A stretch of 31,729 nucleotides of DNA, from the IMG/VR virus record IMGVR_UViG_3300029925_000055, positions 1 to 31,729 of that record. One strand, 5' to 3'. Position 1 is the stretch's first letter. Each line of letters begins with the position of its first letter. This DNA is from a virus. Lineage: Duplodnaviria > Caudoviricetes. The notes below the pieces were generated by a model that worked only from the letters and a program-made list of their open reading frames with translations, was not told the origin of the DNA and made no database searches. Positions 8,877-17,014 of this stretch are shown piece by piece. A program made the position numbers and the translations under genes.

Positions 8877-9110
8877 TTTTATCTTCTCCAGAATAATAAT
8901 TAAGTATCCTGAGAAGATATTTCCAAGGACACATTTATAAAGTTGGAAAATTCCAACAATTTTATAAACGTATCCAAATTGAAACCGGTCAAATTAGATA
9001 GTGGGCGACCCGCCCCACATTCGACTATAGTTGATTACTCTATCGGGTACCTGACCCTCGTTAAAACCAGTCTAACGGAATATCCAGCGCCATAGCTCGC
9101 ATACGATAAG
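8877..9110 (-). ncRNA. Candidate structured cis-regulatory 5' leader of the capsid gene
   Basis: At least six hairpins. The non-Watson-Crick pairs read as G-U on the minus strand. Four loops are C-N-G-G-U. The last stem covers the GGAG RBS. Confidence 0.6.
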
Positions 9111-9115
9111 CGAAA

Positions 9116-9144
9116 ATACTAAATTAAAATGAGAAAAAAGTAAA
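9116..9144 (-). promoter_or_regulatory. Putative sigma70-type promoter for the capsid gene
   Basis: TTTACT (9144-9139), 17-bp spacer, TAGTAT (9121-9116). Confidence 0.5.
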
Positions 9145-9173
9145 GGGATATGTTATTTAAAACCATACCCCTT
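9134..9173 (-). terminator. Putative intrinsic terminator after the scaffold gene
   Basis: AAGGGGUAUG...CAUAUCCCUU followed by UACUUUUUU. Confidence 0.6.
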
Positions 9174-9194
9174 CTTTCAATTAAAAAACCATTT

Positions 9195-10088
9195 TTAAGC
9201 GTTTTTCTTTTTTTCCTTTCTCAATTTTGCATATAGGGTCATGTCTCCACTTTTAGCCGCAGCATTCATCCTGTTTTGTATTGTATCGCCAGTGCCGCCG
9301 CCATCACCAGTCGCACCGGTCGCACCAGAGCCTTGACCTTGAGGCCAATAATACGGATGAGTCGTTTTTAATTGCTCAATAAAAAGCTTAGGACTCAATA
9401 ACACACCCGCTTCTGTTTTGACCAACTCGCCGTTAGCGTCCCTGGCTTCCAGATTCCCAGCAGTATCAATTTTAAAAGCATCGGCTCCCCGTCTAACTGC
9501 ATCATCGATTGCTTTTGGTAAAACCCCCGCTTTTTCGGCTTCTGTTCTGAATTGAATATCAACCAACTTGTCCTCGTACATTGTTTTATAGTTATCTCTT
9601 TCTTTAACAACCGTTTCAAGTTCCAAAACCGAGGTTGCTTTTTCAGATTCATGATCCGCTTTTATTCGCTCGACTCTTTTATCGATAACCTCTTCGATTT
9701 TTCCGTCAGCAATTAATTTTGCCTCTTCGTCGTTTTCATAAACAGAAAGCATTTTTTTAACTTGTTCGATATCCATACCGTCAAATTGCTTTGCGGCTTC
9801 TTTTGCTGCTTTTGTTTCAGCTAACAGTGTTTTCCTTTTTTCATCAAAATCAGAGGTTAATTTTGAAGTGTTTTCTGAAACAGCATCGGAAATAGCTTTT
9901 AACATTTCATCCTTTGTTATTGGCTTAGGTTCATCACCATCACCGGTACCACCACCCCCGCCATCGCCATCACCTTCAAAATTAATGCCCACAGGACTAA
10001 CGATATCTAATCCGTGGCCTAACGCACCAAACGGAATTTGATTGTTTCGAAAATTACTACCAAATTTAGATCTTTTAAATTTACGCAT
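9195..10088 (-). CDS. Capsid scaffolding protein
   Basis: Gly-rich N-terminal EGDGDGGGG, long charged coiled coil, C-terminal PYYWP..GSGATG motif; lies between the gp7-like and capsid genes. Confidence 0.85.
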   Translation of the reverse strand: MRKFKRSKFGSNFRNNQIPFGALGHGLDIVSPVGINFEGDGDGGGGGTGDGDEPKPITKDEMLKAISDAVSENTSKLTSDFDEKRKTLLAETKAAKEAAKQFDGMDIEQVKKMLSVYENDEEAKLIADGKIEEVIDKRVERIKADHESEKATSVLELETVVKERDNYKTMYEDKLVDIQFRTEAEKAGVLPKAIDDAVRRGADAFKIDTAGNLEARDANGELVKTEAGVLLSPKLFIEQLKTTHPYYWPQGQGSGATGATGDGGGTGDTIQNRMNAAAKSGDMTLYAKLRKEKKKNA

Positions 10089-10108
10089 TGCTTTGTTCCC
10101 TTGTGTAA

Positions 10109-11257
10109 TTAACTAAAAGCTTGTTCCCATTGTCGGGGATAAAGTTTCTCTAACTCTTTTAATGTTAACGATCTACTGGCTTTTTCTGAAAACTTTTCCA
10201 GAGTCAACCCACCACGACGATAGAGTCGCGCTTTTTTCTTACCTAAGTACTCATCCTGAAACCAAGCGGGCTGAGTTTTAAACCAGTCTTTGAATTCCAG
10301 GTTAGCAGAATATTGTCTACCTTTCCCCATGTTTTTAGACTTGTTTTTAGCATGTTCCCCCTTCGACAGCACAGACTTAAATTTATTGTTTGCATCAGTA
10401 TCAACGCGAATAGACGACCTTGGTTTGCCGCGTGATTCTTTATTAAAATCAAACCCGGCACGACTGCCTTCAATGTTTGCAGTTATCGGCACGGCGACAC
10501 TACGACAATTAAAATGCGCAGGCGGGCCACCTATCCATGCCACCCCATGGTCAATCGGTTGTTTAGTATCAGCAGTATATTTCAAACCATCGCGCGTTCT
10601 ACAGATAACTGTTACTCTTCCGTCCAAAGTTGCCATCCAGTAAACAGCAGCAATAACATCACTATATTGATCAAGATAAGCATCTTTAATAGCTGCCGCA
10701 TTGCTTTGGATTCCCGTTCTGATAAGAGTTTGTAAGTCTCTTTTACCCATCTTAAGAGACCCGGCAATTTCGTCAGCAATGACAGCGTTAGAACGACCCA
10801 ATGAAACACCATCAACAATAGCTCGACGCAGCAAGCGAGAGTCACGACGGGCCAAATGAGAAAGATGCTCACGGAAAGTCTTTCCCTCGAATCTGTCCAG
10901 TGTTTTAAATCCTGCGATTTCTGGAATAGAAATGATAGCAACTTCACTTTCAGCGAGACCAGACAAAGCTTGACTTTGCCAGCCGCTTTCTGAAAGTAAA
11001 AATTTAGAGGTTGATTTAGCATAATCTCTACCTATTTCTTTGTAACCGTCTTTTAAAAGGCCAACAATTCCGCTAAGTTCATGTAATAATCTTTTTTTAG
11101 TCGCGCCAGATAGCAATGATAAATTATTCAATCGTTCAATTATTTTATTTTGTATCCTTTCCAACTGTCTAAGCGATGTCACTATTTCAGTACTAGTGTA
11201 TTGTGAAATATGCACTTGATGCTGTAAATATAGATCAATCGCGTTAGAGTGTTTCAT
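10109..11257 (-). CDS. Head morphogenesis/minor capsid protein (SPP1 gp7 / Mu F family)
   Basis: TLIRTG, WMATLDGRVTVICRTRDG, PPAHFNCRS, DWFKTQPAWFQDEYLGKKKARLYRRGGL, LTLKEL motifs. Confidence 0.92.
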   Translation of the reverse strand: MKHSNAIDLYLQHQVHISQYTSTEIVTSLRQLERIQNKIIERLNNLSLLSGATKKRLLHELSGIVGLLKDGYKEIGRDYAKSTSKFLLSESGWQSQALSGLAESEVAIISIPEIAGFKTLDRFEGKTFREHLSHLARRDSRLLRRAIVDGVSLGRSNAVIADEIAGSLKMGKRDLQTLIRTGIQSNAAAIKDAYLDQYSDVIAAVYWMATLDGRVTVICRTRDGLKYTADTKQPIDHGVAWIGGPPAHFNCRSVAVPITANIEGSRAGFDFNKESRGKPRSSIRVDTDANNKFKSVLSKGEHAKNKSKNMGKGRQYSANLEFKDWFKTQPAWFQDEYLGKKKARLYRRGGLTLEKFSEKASRSLTLKELEKLYPRQWEQAFS

Positions 11258-11663
11258 TAAAATCTCTTATTATTTTATTACACTTATATATGTTCTCGTT
11301 AACCGCATCGACATCCCAATGATACGCATAAACTTTCAACTGGGGTGATGGACTTTTAATCGGGAATTGAGTAAGTTGCAATCCTACTTTCATCCATTGT
11401 TGAAAAGCCAGAGTATGTCCAGGCGGATGTAAATACCTTTTGTACGGCTTCCTCGTATCTTCGATTTCCCATCCAAGGTCTAACAACGTGACTAGATCTT
11501 CAGGATTAATGCCACCACAATAGGAACATGTACGAGGTTTGAAAAATTGTTCCGGCCAAAAGGATTCTTCTCTATCCCATCTATCCGTCATCCAATGATC
11601 CGGCCCGCTAGGAACAGCGACAGGATGTATTTGTTTGCGCGCATCGCAAAAATGTTCGCTCAT
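11244..11663 (-). CDS. Hypothetical phage protein (CSYCG motif)
   Basis: 139 aa, AGGTGAG RBS, coupled to both neighbours. Confidence 0.7.
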   Translation of the reverse strand: MSEHFCDARKQIHPVAVPSGPDHWMTDRWDREESFWPEQFFKPRTCSYCGGINPEDLVTLLDLGWEIEDTRKPYKRYLHPPGHTLAFQQWMKVGLQLTQFPIKSPSPQLKVYAYHWDVDAVNENIYKCNKIIRDFNETL

Positions 11664-11830
11664 ATTCTACTCACCTTTGATTCTGTTAATAAATTCCACC
11701 ATTTCACGCATGTATCACAATAACAAAGATCGTTAGTCTTCCTTTTAGCATTTTGAAAAGCATCATACCCACAAGGATTGTTAGTTGTTTCGCAACGCAG
11801 TACATTTTTCACTGTTTCTAATTCTGACAT
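11660..11830 (-). CDS. Small Cys-rich protein, 56 aa (not in ORF track)
   Basis: MSELETVKNVLRCETTNNPCGYDAF...LCYCDTCVKWW...; GAGG upstream; ATGA overlap with the 11663 start. Confidence 0.65.
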   Translation of the reverse strand: MSELETVKNVLRCETTNNPCGYDAFQNAKRKTNDLCYCDTCVKWWNLLTESKVSRI

Positions 11831-11834
11831 TTTT

Positions 11835-12035
11835 TCAATCCCTCAATTCTAACGAATTAAACCAATCTTCAAGTACAGCTCTTATTATTATTTTCCATTC
11901 TTCTAATTCTTCAATTTCCATTGATCCGCTGATTATTCTTTCTATCACGCATGAAGGTATGACATGCTGATCCCCTTCAATATCTTCAATTACGACATGT
12001 TGCATATGATCTAAAATATCTACTATTTCAGTCAT
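11835..12035 (-). CDS. Hypothetical phage protein (likely start MTEIVD)
   Basis: ORF track gives 11835..12071. The internal ATG right after the portal stop avoids the overlap. Confidence 0.65.
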   Translation of the reverse strand: MTEIVDILDHMQHVVIEDIEGDQHVIPSCVIERIISGSMEIEELEEWKIIIRAVLEDWFNSLELRD

Positions 12036-12039
12036 GATA

Positions 12040-13590
12040 TTATTCCGCCGTTGATAAATCTTCGTCTTCAATATTTACCATCTGTTTTTCTAACCTTTCC
12101 ATTTCGTCATCAACTGTATCACCATCAGGTAAAATACCCGCTTTCCTATGCTGTTCAACAAGTGCCTCTAACGATAAAGCACCACTTAAATATGAACTTA
12201 ACAGAGCTGCGATATCCGTGTGACTTAAACTAGAATTTGCGAATTCAGTTGAGGCAACGAAAGAAACCTCAGAATCATTTTTACCAGACCATCGCGCCGC
12301 CATTTTTAAAATTTTCTCAATCGCATTCGATGCACTAACGACAGCAGATTGTAACGTGGCGCCGCCAACAGAGCGATGGATTTTTACGGCTTCGGCGGAC
12401 TCTGCGCCTTTTTTCCTGGCACCTAACAAGGTCGCACCAAACGCGGCGGCTTCTTCTTGTAAACTAATGATATGTTCAAGAACATGAGACAATCCAGACG
12501 TATCAGTTTCTGTATAAGCCATTGTTGCCTCGGGATTAGGCAACGCGATAACAATATTAGATCCTGTAGCTGACGGGGGTTTGTCTACACCCGTGACGTA
12601 TAATGTCGGGTTACAAGTCATGAATTCAGCATTGTTTAAATCAGCAGTTTTCATATAAATCTGTAAAGCGATATCCGCCACACCTTGCAACGGCGACTCA
12701 TCACAATCAGCAGTATTGTCAATGCTACCGGCAAAAATAAATGGAATTTCATCTATCACTTGATTAAAAATAATGGGTTGGTTAATCTCAAGTGGATAAT
12801 CTTCTTTTTGATCTTCTCGATAAACATCAACTATAAAACCAGGTACTAAAGGATTATTTTCCGTATCATCTTCTGGATCTGGATTATACATTCGTAAAAC
12901 TAAATATTTACTTTTCACTTCATGTGCGTAAATGTTGTCAGATTCTAAATCTAATTCGTCTTCTAACAAGACAACATACTTGAGGGTGTTTTCGCCGTTT
13001 TCGCTTTCAGTATTCCAATTAATCGCAGCTTCAGCGCTATACAACATAATCTTGAATTTGTTATCTATCGTTGTATCTAACATCACACCAATTCTGCCGG
13101 ATTGCATGATTTCGCCTACCATAAAGGCGAATAATTCATAGATGCTAAAACCGTCATTGGTAGAATCATCAATCAAGTATTTTAATTCAGAAGGTAGATC
13201 AATCGAAGGCGGTTTACTCGTAGCAATACCTAACAACCCGCGCAAAGCAAATGCTGTTATATCGGGTACCCTGGCACGACGTAAATATGATTCATAATTT
13301 CTGTTAGTAGGATAATACCACGGCACGGAATCGTTGATTATACTAATACCTTCGTTCCGTGACGAAGGTTCAAAGCCACCAATTTCTTTAGGTGGTCTTG
13401 TCTCGTTTACGACGGCATCACCGGGTTCTGATTTAGAATCGACCATTGCACCAGGCATAGGCAAATACAAAACGTTATTTCTCTTTACAGATGCAGACCC
13501 GCCAACAAAATCTCGCACCAATCGCCACACATAAATAAACGCTTTATACTGCGGGTGTCTAACCGATACTTTTTCGATAATAGTTGTCAT
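12040..13590 (-). CDS. Portal protein (DUF4055-type)
   Basis: HPQY...W..VRDFVGGS..VK....YLPMP, YESYLRRA, GRIGVMLD, DEIPFIFAG, ESAEAVKI; lies directly after TerL. Confidence 0.9.
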   Translation of the reverse strand: MTTIIEKVSVRHPQYKAFIYVWRLVRDFVGGSASVKRNNVLYLPMPGAMVDSKSEPGDAVVNETRPPKEIGGFEPSSRNEGISIINDSVPWYYPTNRNYESYLRRARVPDITAFALRGLLGIATSKPPSIDLPSELKYLIDDSTNDGFSIYELFAFMVGEIMQSGRIGVMLDTTIDNKFKIMLYSAEAAINWNTESENGENTLKYVVLLEDELDLESDNIYAHEVKSKYLVLRMYNPDPEDDTENNPLVPGFIVDVYREDQKEDYPLEINQPIIFNQVIDEIPFIFAGSIDNTADCDESPLQGVADIALQIYMKTADLNNAEFMTCNPTLYVTGVDKPPSATGSNIVIALPNPEATMAYTETDTSGLSHVLEHIISLQEEAAAFGATLLGARKKGAESAEAVKIHRSVGGATLQSAVVSASNAIEKILKMAARWSGKNDSEVSFVASTEFANSSLSHTDIAALLSSYLSGALSLEALVEQHRKAGILPDGDTVDDEMERLEKQMVNIEDEDLSTAE

Positions 13591-14987
13591 AACATTTTTA
13601 CTCCGGCTGTTTTTATCTGCATTCGTTTTACTGGGAACAATTTATTGATTAAATATCCCAACGCATCATTTGAGTGATCTGCACCAGATTTTTTATCTGG
13701 CTTACCATGCACATCATATGTTTGTTGTTCTAAATTTTCAGTCACTTGTTTTGCGACATTGATATTAACTTTAACTTTATTGTTACTGAATACAGAGTTA
13801 ACCGATATAACTCTATCTTTTACAAAAGGGTTAGCAGGATTAACAATTATTCTAAAACCAGCATCTCGTAACAACTTGTGATCTGACCCGTTAGCATCCT
13901 TTGAGCTTGCACTACTGCCCGACGCATCTGGATATATCTTGATATTATTTTTAGGATAACGTTTTCGAATTTCGCGAATCATGTCGGGCGTATCGCGTAA
14001 ATCAATAAATTCGTCTACTATATATAGCTTGCCTCGGCGTAAAACTCCAACGACGGCGGCCATGTGATAAACATTGAAATCCATTCCTATGTGAAGTTGT
14101 TCCCTTTCAGCGACGGTATAATCAGTTTTATTTGTGTCACGGTCGAAAGAATAATAGACCGTGCCAGTTGTGAAATTTGTCCAGAATCCTTCGATGAATG
14201 CATCAACCAGGCCGGCCGGATAGATCCGGCGCAATTGATCGACGTAACCTTCTGGTAGGCCATCTATATTCGTATAGGTTGGAGCCCTGACGTATTCGTA
14301 ACCGGGGGCCGGGTCTTTACCCCACATGTTGTAAGTAAACCCATAGCCATCGTCAGGCGTTCCATATGCGCAGATTCTATTCATTTCAAGCAAAGGTTTG
14401 CCGGTTTTTATATCGATGACTTTTTGATTATTATCCCCAAATACAGGCACTTTTTGGCGATTTCTGGCGACGATTTTATTCCACACATCCTGTACATGGT
14501 TTTTATGTACGACACCCATTTCATCAGCGTGTGATCTAAAAACTTCATAACCAACAATACTTTCGGGGTTATTCATCGATCGAAAAATAATATCACCGTG
14601 GTCTTCAGTGCGTATTATTTTATCGTTCTTATTATATTTGTAAGGGAGATTTAAATTGGTCAATTCTTCTTCCATTCGGGGTGCCGTGTTTAAAGCGATC
14701 TGATCATAGGTCGGATCGTATAGCGCTACATTTCCCGATGAAAATTGCGTCAAGTCTCGAATGGCGCATTGAATTTTAATGTATGTTTTACCGCTACCAT
14801 AACCACCAATAAATAATGGGTTGGCGCAAGTAAGTTGATAAAAAATACTTTGTGGAATTGTTAATTTATGTTTTACAAAACCTATCTGCTGATTATCTTC
14901 GGCCCACTCTTCGTCATCCAACGCACCAACGTCAGGTTGTTTCCCGTATGAAGACCTAAGATATTCGTGGTCTATAGTTTCTGTCAT
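13587..14987 (-). CDS. terL: Terminase large subunit
   Basis: Walker A GGYGSGKT, Walker B ADE, GTPD, HIGMDFNV, IYPDASG, DHSNDALGY. Start moved to MTETID (14987) because the 15029 ATG lies inside a strong hairpin. Confidence 0.95.
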   Translation of the reverse strand: MTETIDHEYLRSSYGKQPDVGALDDEEWAEDNQQIGFVKHKLTIPQSIFYQLTCANPLFIGGYGSGKTYIKIQCAIRDLTQFSSGNVALYDPTYDQIALNTAPRMEEELTNLNLPYKYNKNDKIIRTEDHGDIIFRSMNNPESIVGYEVFRSHADEMGVVHKNHVQDVWNKIVARNRQKVPVFGDNNQKVIDIKTGKPLLEMNRICAYGTPDDGYGFTYNMWGKDPAPGYEYVRAPTYTNIDGLPEGYVDQLRRIYPAGLVDAFIEGFWTNFTTGTVYYSFDRDTNKTDYTVAEREQLHIGMDFNVYHMAAVVGVLRRGKLYIVDEFIDLRDTPDMIREIRKRYPKNNIKIYPDASGSSASSKDANGSDHKLLRDAGFRIIVNPANPFVKDRVISVNSVFSNNKVKVNINVAKQVTENLEQQTYDVHGKPDKKSGADHSNDALGYLINKLFPVKRMQIKTAGVKML

Positions 14988-15002
14988 ATTTTTCCCAACG
15001 AC

Positions 15003-15040
15003 AAAAACCCCGAATGGGGTTAAATCCATTGGGGGTTTTT
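15003..15040 (-). terminator. Terminator-like hairpin between the lipoprotein gene and terL
   Basis: AAAAACCCC-C-AAUGG loop CCAUU-C-GGGGUUUUU. Confidence 0.6.
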
Positions 15041-15059
15041 TCCTGGCTGGATTCCAGGC

Positions 15060-15464
15060 TTAAATAATAAGATTTAGCCTAGAAGTGGCACCATAGTCAG
15101 AATGTTGGTAAACCGGCGAATTAAAGAAATAATCTTCAGATCGCCAAGTTTTCGCACCATAGTCAGGATGTTTGCATGATATTCGATTATCCATGACTTC
15201 GGGCGAAACGTTTCGATTCGCTCCATAATCAACATGTTTGTAAACAATAATATTATCTATGTAATCAAAACTGTCTGAGTTTTGCGCGCCATAATCAGGA
15301 TGACCGATATGGGCAACGCCATCATCAAACACGACCACAATTGTGATGTCTTCAGTATCAACCACGTCGCTCGTTAGATAGACGCAATCTGAACCCCACA
15401 AAGTACACGCACTGACCAGTGGTGCCGTGAACGTGAGAATGATGATTAAAAGAACTCTCATCAT
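15060..15464 (-). CDS. Putative secreted protein/lipoprotein with four 22-aa-spaced HxDYGA repeats
   Basis: Hydrophobic N-terminus ending in VSA-C (fits a lipobox); His at residues 55, 77, 99 and 121; GGGAG RBS. Confidence 0.75.
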   Translation of the reverse strand: MMRVLLIIILTFTAPLVSACTLWGSDCVYLTSDVVDTEDITIVVVFDDGVAHIGHPDYGAQNSDSFDYIDNIIVYKHVDYGANRNVSPEVMDNRISCKHPDYGAKTWRSEDYFFNSPVYQHSDYGATSRLNLII

Positions 15465-15554
15465 TATTTCATTCTCCCATAAGTTAAAATTAATTCCCTG
15501 GTTTAAAAAAGCGAATCATCCTTTATTCACCAATTCTTAATTAGTTTGGCATTT

Positions 15555-15833
15555 TCATCCATCAATTTTTGTAGAAGCTTCATTTCGTTTGTATAATACC
15601 TTTTCTGCTTTTCTACCTAACGCATCTAACGCATCATCCTTTATTGCTGGACAATTCTGAAACACATCAGGTATGGTCATAACATGATCGAACATCCCTT
15701 TTGTATCTCTAACCCCGCCATCGCCAATCGTCCAACCATTCTCGAGTTCAATCTCGGCAACAACGGGCGCGGCAGATTTAAACTGTCTAGCGGAACCAAA
15801 AAGAAACTGTAAAAAATATTGCCACAAATTCAT
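15555..15833 (-). CDS. Hypothetical phage protein
   Basis: 92-aa ORF, co-oriented, ATGA-coupled. Confidence 0.65.
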   Translation of the reverse strand: MNLWQYFLQFLFGSARQFKSAAPVVAEIELENGWTIGDGGVRDTKGMFDHVMTIPDVFQNCPAIKDDALDALGRKAEKVLYKRNEASTKIDG

Positions 15834-15983
15834 AGCGTAGACTCGTAATTACACTTACGACATCGAACCTTCATTCGCCGACGACCTAAATCATCCCCCA
15901 ACATATAGGGATTAATACATTTATATGTATGTAAACAAAAAAGCTGCTTGACGCTTGACCCATAAACGAATTTTCTCTTTCAT
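15830..15983 (-). pseudogene. Small Cys/His protein frameshifted by a 7-bp tandem duplication
   Basis: GTCAAGC is duplicated (15946-15959). Removing one copy gives MKEKIRLWVKQLFCLHTYKCINPYMLGDDLGRRRMKVRCRKCNYESTL, with ATGA overlaps at both ends. Confidence 0.7.
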
Positions 15984-16213
15984 TTTGGTAACTCTATTTT
16001 GGTAATGAATTCTGTTATGATTGGGGTGATTACCTCACCTTTGATAATTAAAAAACTATCACCCCAGTAGCTAGGATCATTATTATCTGGAATACTTGAT
16101 AATGCATTCCCGAAACAGTGTTCTTCTAAGAGACGTTCTTCTAATTCTTCTTTCGAAAAAGATTTGACTATTGTATCACCATCCGAATTATGAATTACAA
16201 TATATTCATTCAT
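15980..16213 (-). CDS. Hypothetical phage protein (likely start MNEYIV)
   Basis: ORF track gives 15980..16264 from an alternative start codon; the internal ATG with AGGT upstream is more plausible. Confidence 0.65.
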   Translation of the reverse strand: MNEYIVIHNSDGDTIVKSFSKEELEERLLEEHCFGNALSSIPDNNDPSYWGDSFLIIKGEVITPIITEFITKIELPK

Positions 16214-16327
16214 ATTTAAATTACCTAAATTACGTTCATCACTGCCATAATAGTAACCGCGCAAATAATCATAAAGATAATCACTTTTTCAAAATCATCT
16301 GCGTCTTTCATAAACCGCTACCTTTTT

Positions 16328-16419
16328 AAAAGTGTGAGGGAGTAATTCAAGCAGGCCATACTTACCTCCCTCTCACCTATTTGATGCGTGACCATGACCA
16401 CACCACGGCCGCATCAAAT
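16328..16419 (-). promoter_or_regulatory. Tandem double-hairpin RNA element/terminator after the resolvase gene
   Basis: AUUUGAUGCG...CGCAUCAAAU stem with a G-U-rich inner stem, then GUGAGAGGGAGGUAA...UUACUCCCUCACAC followed by UUUU. Confidence 0.55.
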
Positions 16420-16878
16420 TCCCTTAACTATCATTCGTCGATAAACTTCTATATTCTGAGCAGTTATACAATGTTTATCGTAAAGATCGATTTGTTTTAA
16501 CGCCCATATTTTAAACGTGTTTTCACTCAATCTCAAAAAACCCAGATCTAAATCAATAAGACTAGCACTGATTAAAAATTCCCAAGGCAGATGATTAAAT
16601 CTAAATGCAACCACAGGAATTAAATTAAAATCGGGCTCATCATCACGATTAAACGCAATATATTGACAGTCATTTTTAACCTGAATCCAGGCAGAATGCA
16701 AATCTAACTTTTGTTTGCGTTTAACTTCAAAAATGAAAGGATAGCAATTTGTGATATCAGCACCCCCAGATCTCACTTGTTCGAGATTGCGTTTGCCGCC
16801 TTCCAAATTTAGATTGTCACTAAGCCAGCGACAGAATTCGCGTTCGCCGTTGGCGCCTTTATTCCTAGAATTAACCAT
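16414..16878 (-). CDS. Holliday junction resolvase-like PD-(D/E)xK nuclease (Hjc / T5 D14-like)
   Basis: NSRNKGANGERE, RNLEQVRSGGADI, FEVKR, PVVAFR...W motifs. Confidence 0.85.
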   Translation of the reverse strand: MVNSRNKGANGEREFCRWLSDNLNLEGGKRNLEQVRSGGADITNCYPFIFEVKRKQKLDLHSAWIQVKNDCQYIAFNRDDEPDFNLIPVVAFRFNHLPWEFLISASLIDLDLGFLRLSENTFKIWALKQIDLYDKHCITAQNIEVYRRMIVKGI

Positions 16879-17014
16879 ATGGATTGACCAGAAAAGCTAT
16901 AACGAGAGTAAAAATAAACAATGCCATTTTAATTCTACCCTTTTGAATATAAGACATGATAGCTATCACTATAGAAACGGCAAGAGCTACCCATAACAAT
17001 TGTTGTATGCTCAT
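16871..17014 (-). CDS. Small two-TM membrane protein, 47 aa (not in ORF track)
   Basis: MSIQQLLWVALAVSIVIAIMSYIQKGRIKMALFIFTLVIAFLVNPYG; ATGA-coupled. Confidence 0.6.
   Translation of the reverse strand: MSIQQLLWVALAVSIVIAIMSYIQKGRIKMALFIFTLVIAFLVNPYG

Noticed and set aside
8877-9110. Known riboswitch, tRNA or self-cleaving ribozyme
   Set aside because: I could not find a cloverleaf/T-loop, a hammerhead CUGAnGA/GAAA core or a c-di-GMP-I signature by eye; kept only as an unclassified structured leader.
7796-14258. Overlapping alternative-frame and plus-strand ORFs within the head genes (e.g. 7796, 8239, 9395, 10243, 10290, 10514, 10612, 11785, 12051, 12932, 13334, 14064)
   Set aside because: They are nested in or overlap well-supported genes and show no recognisable motifs.
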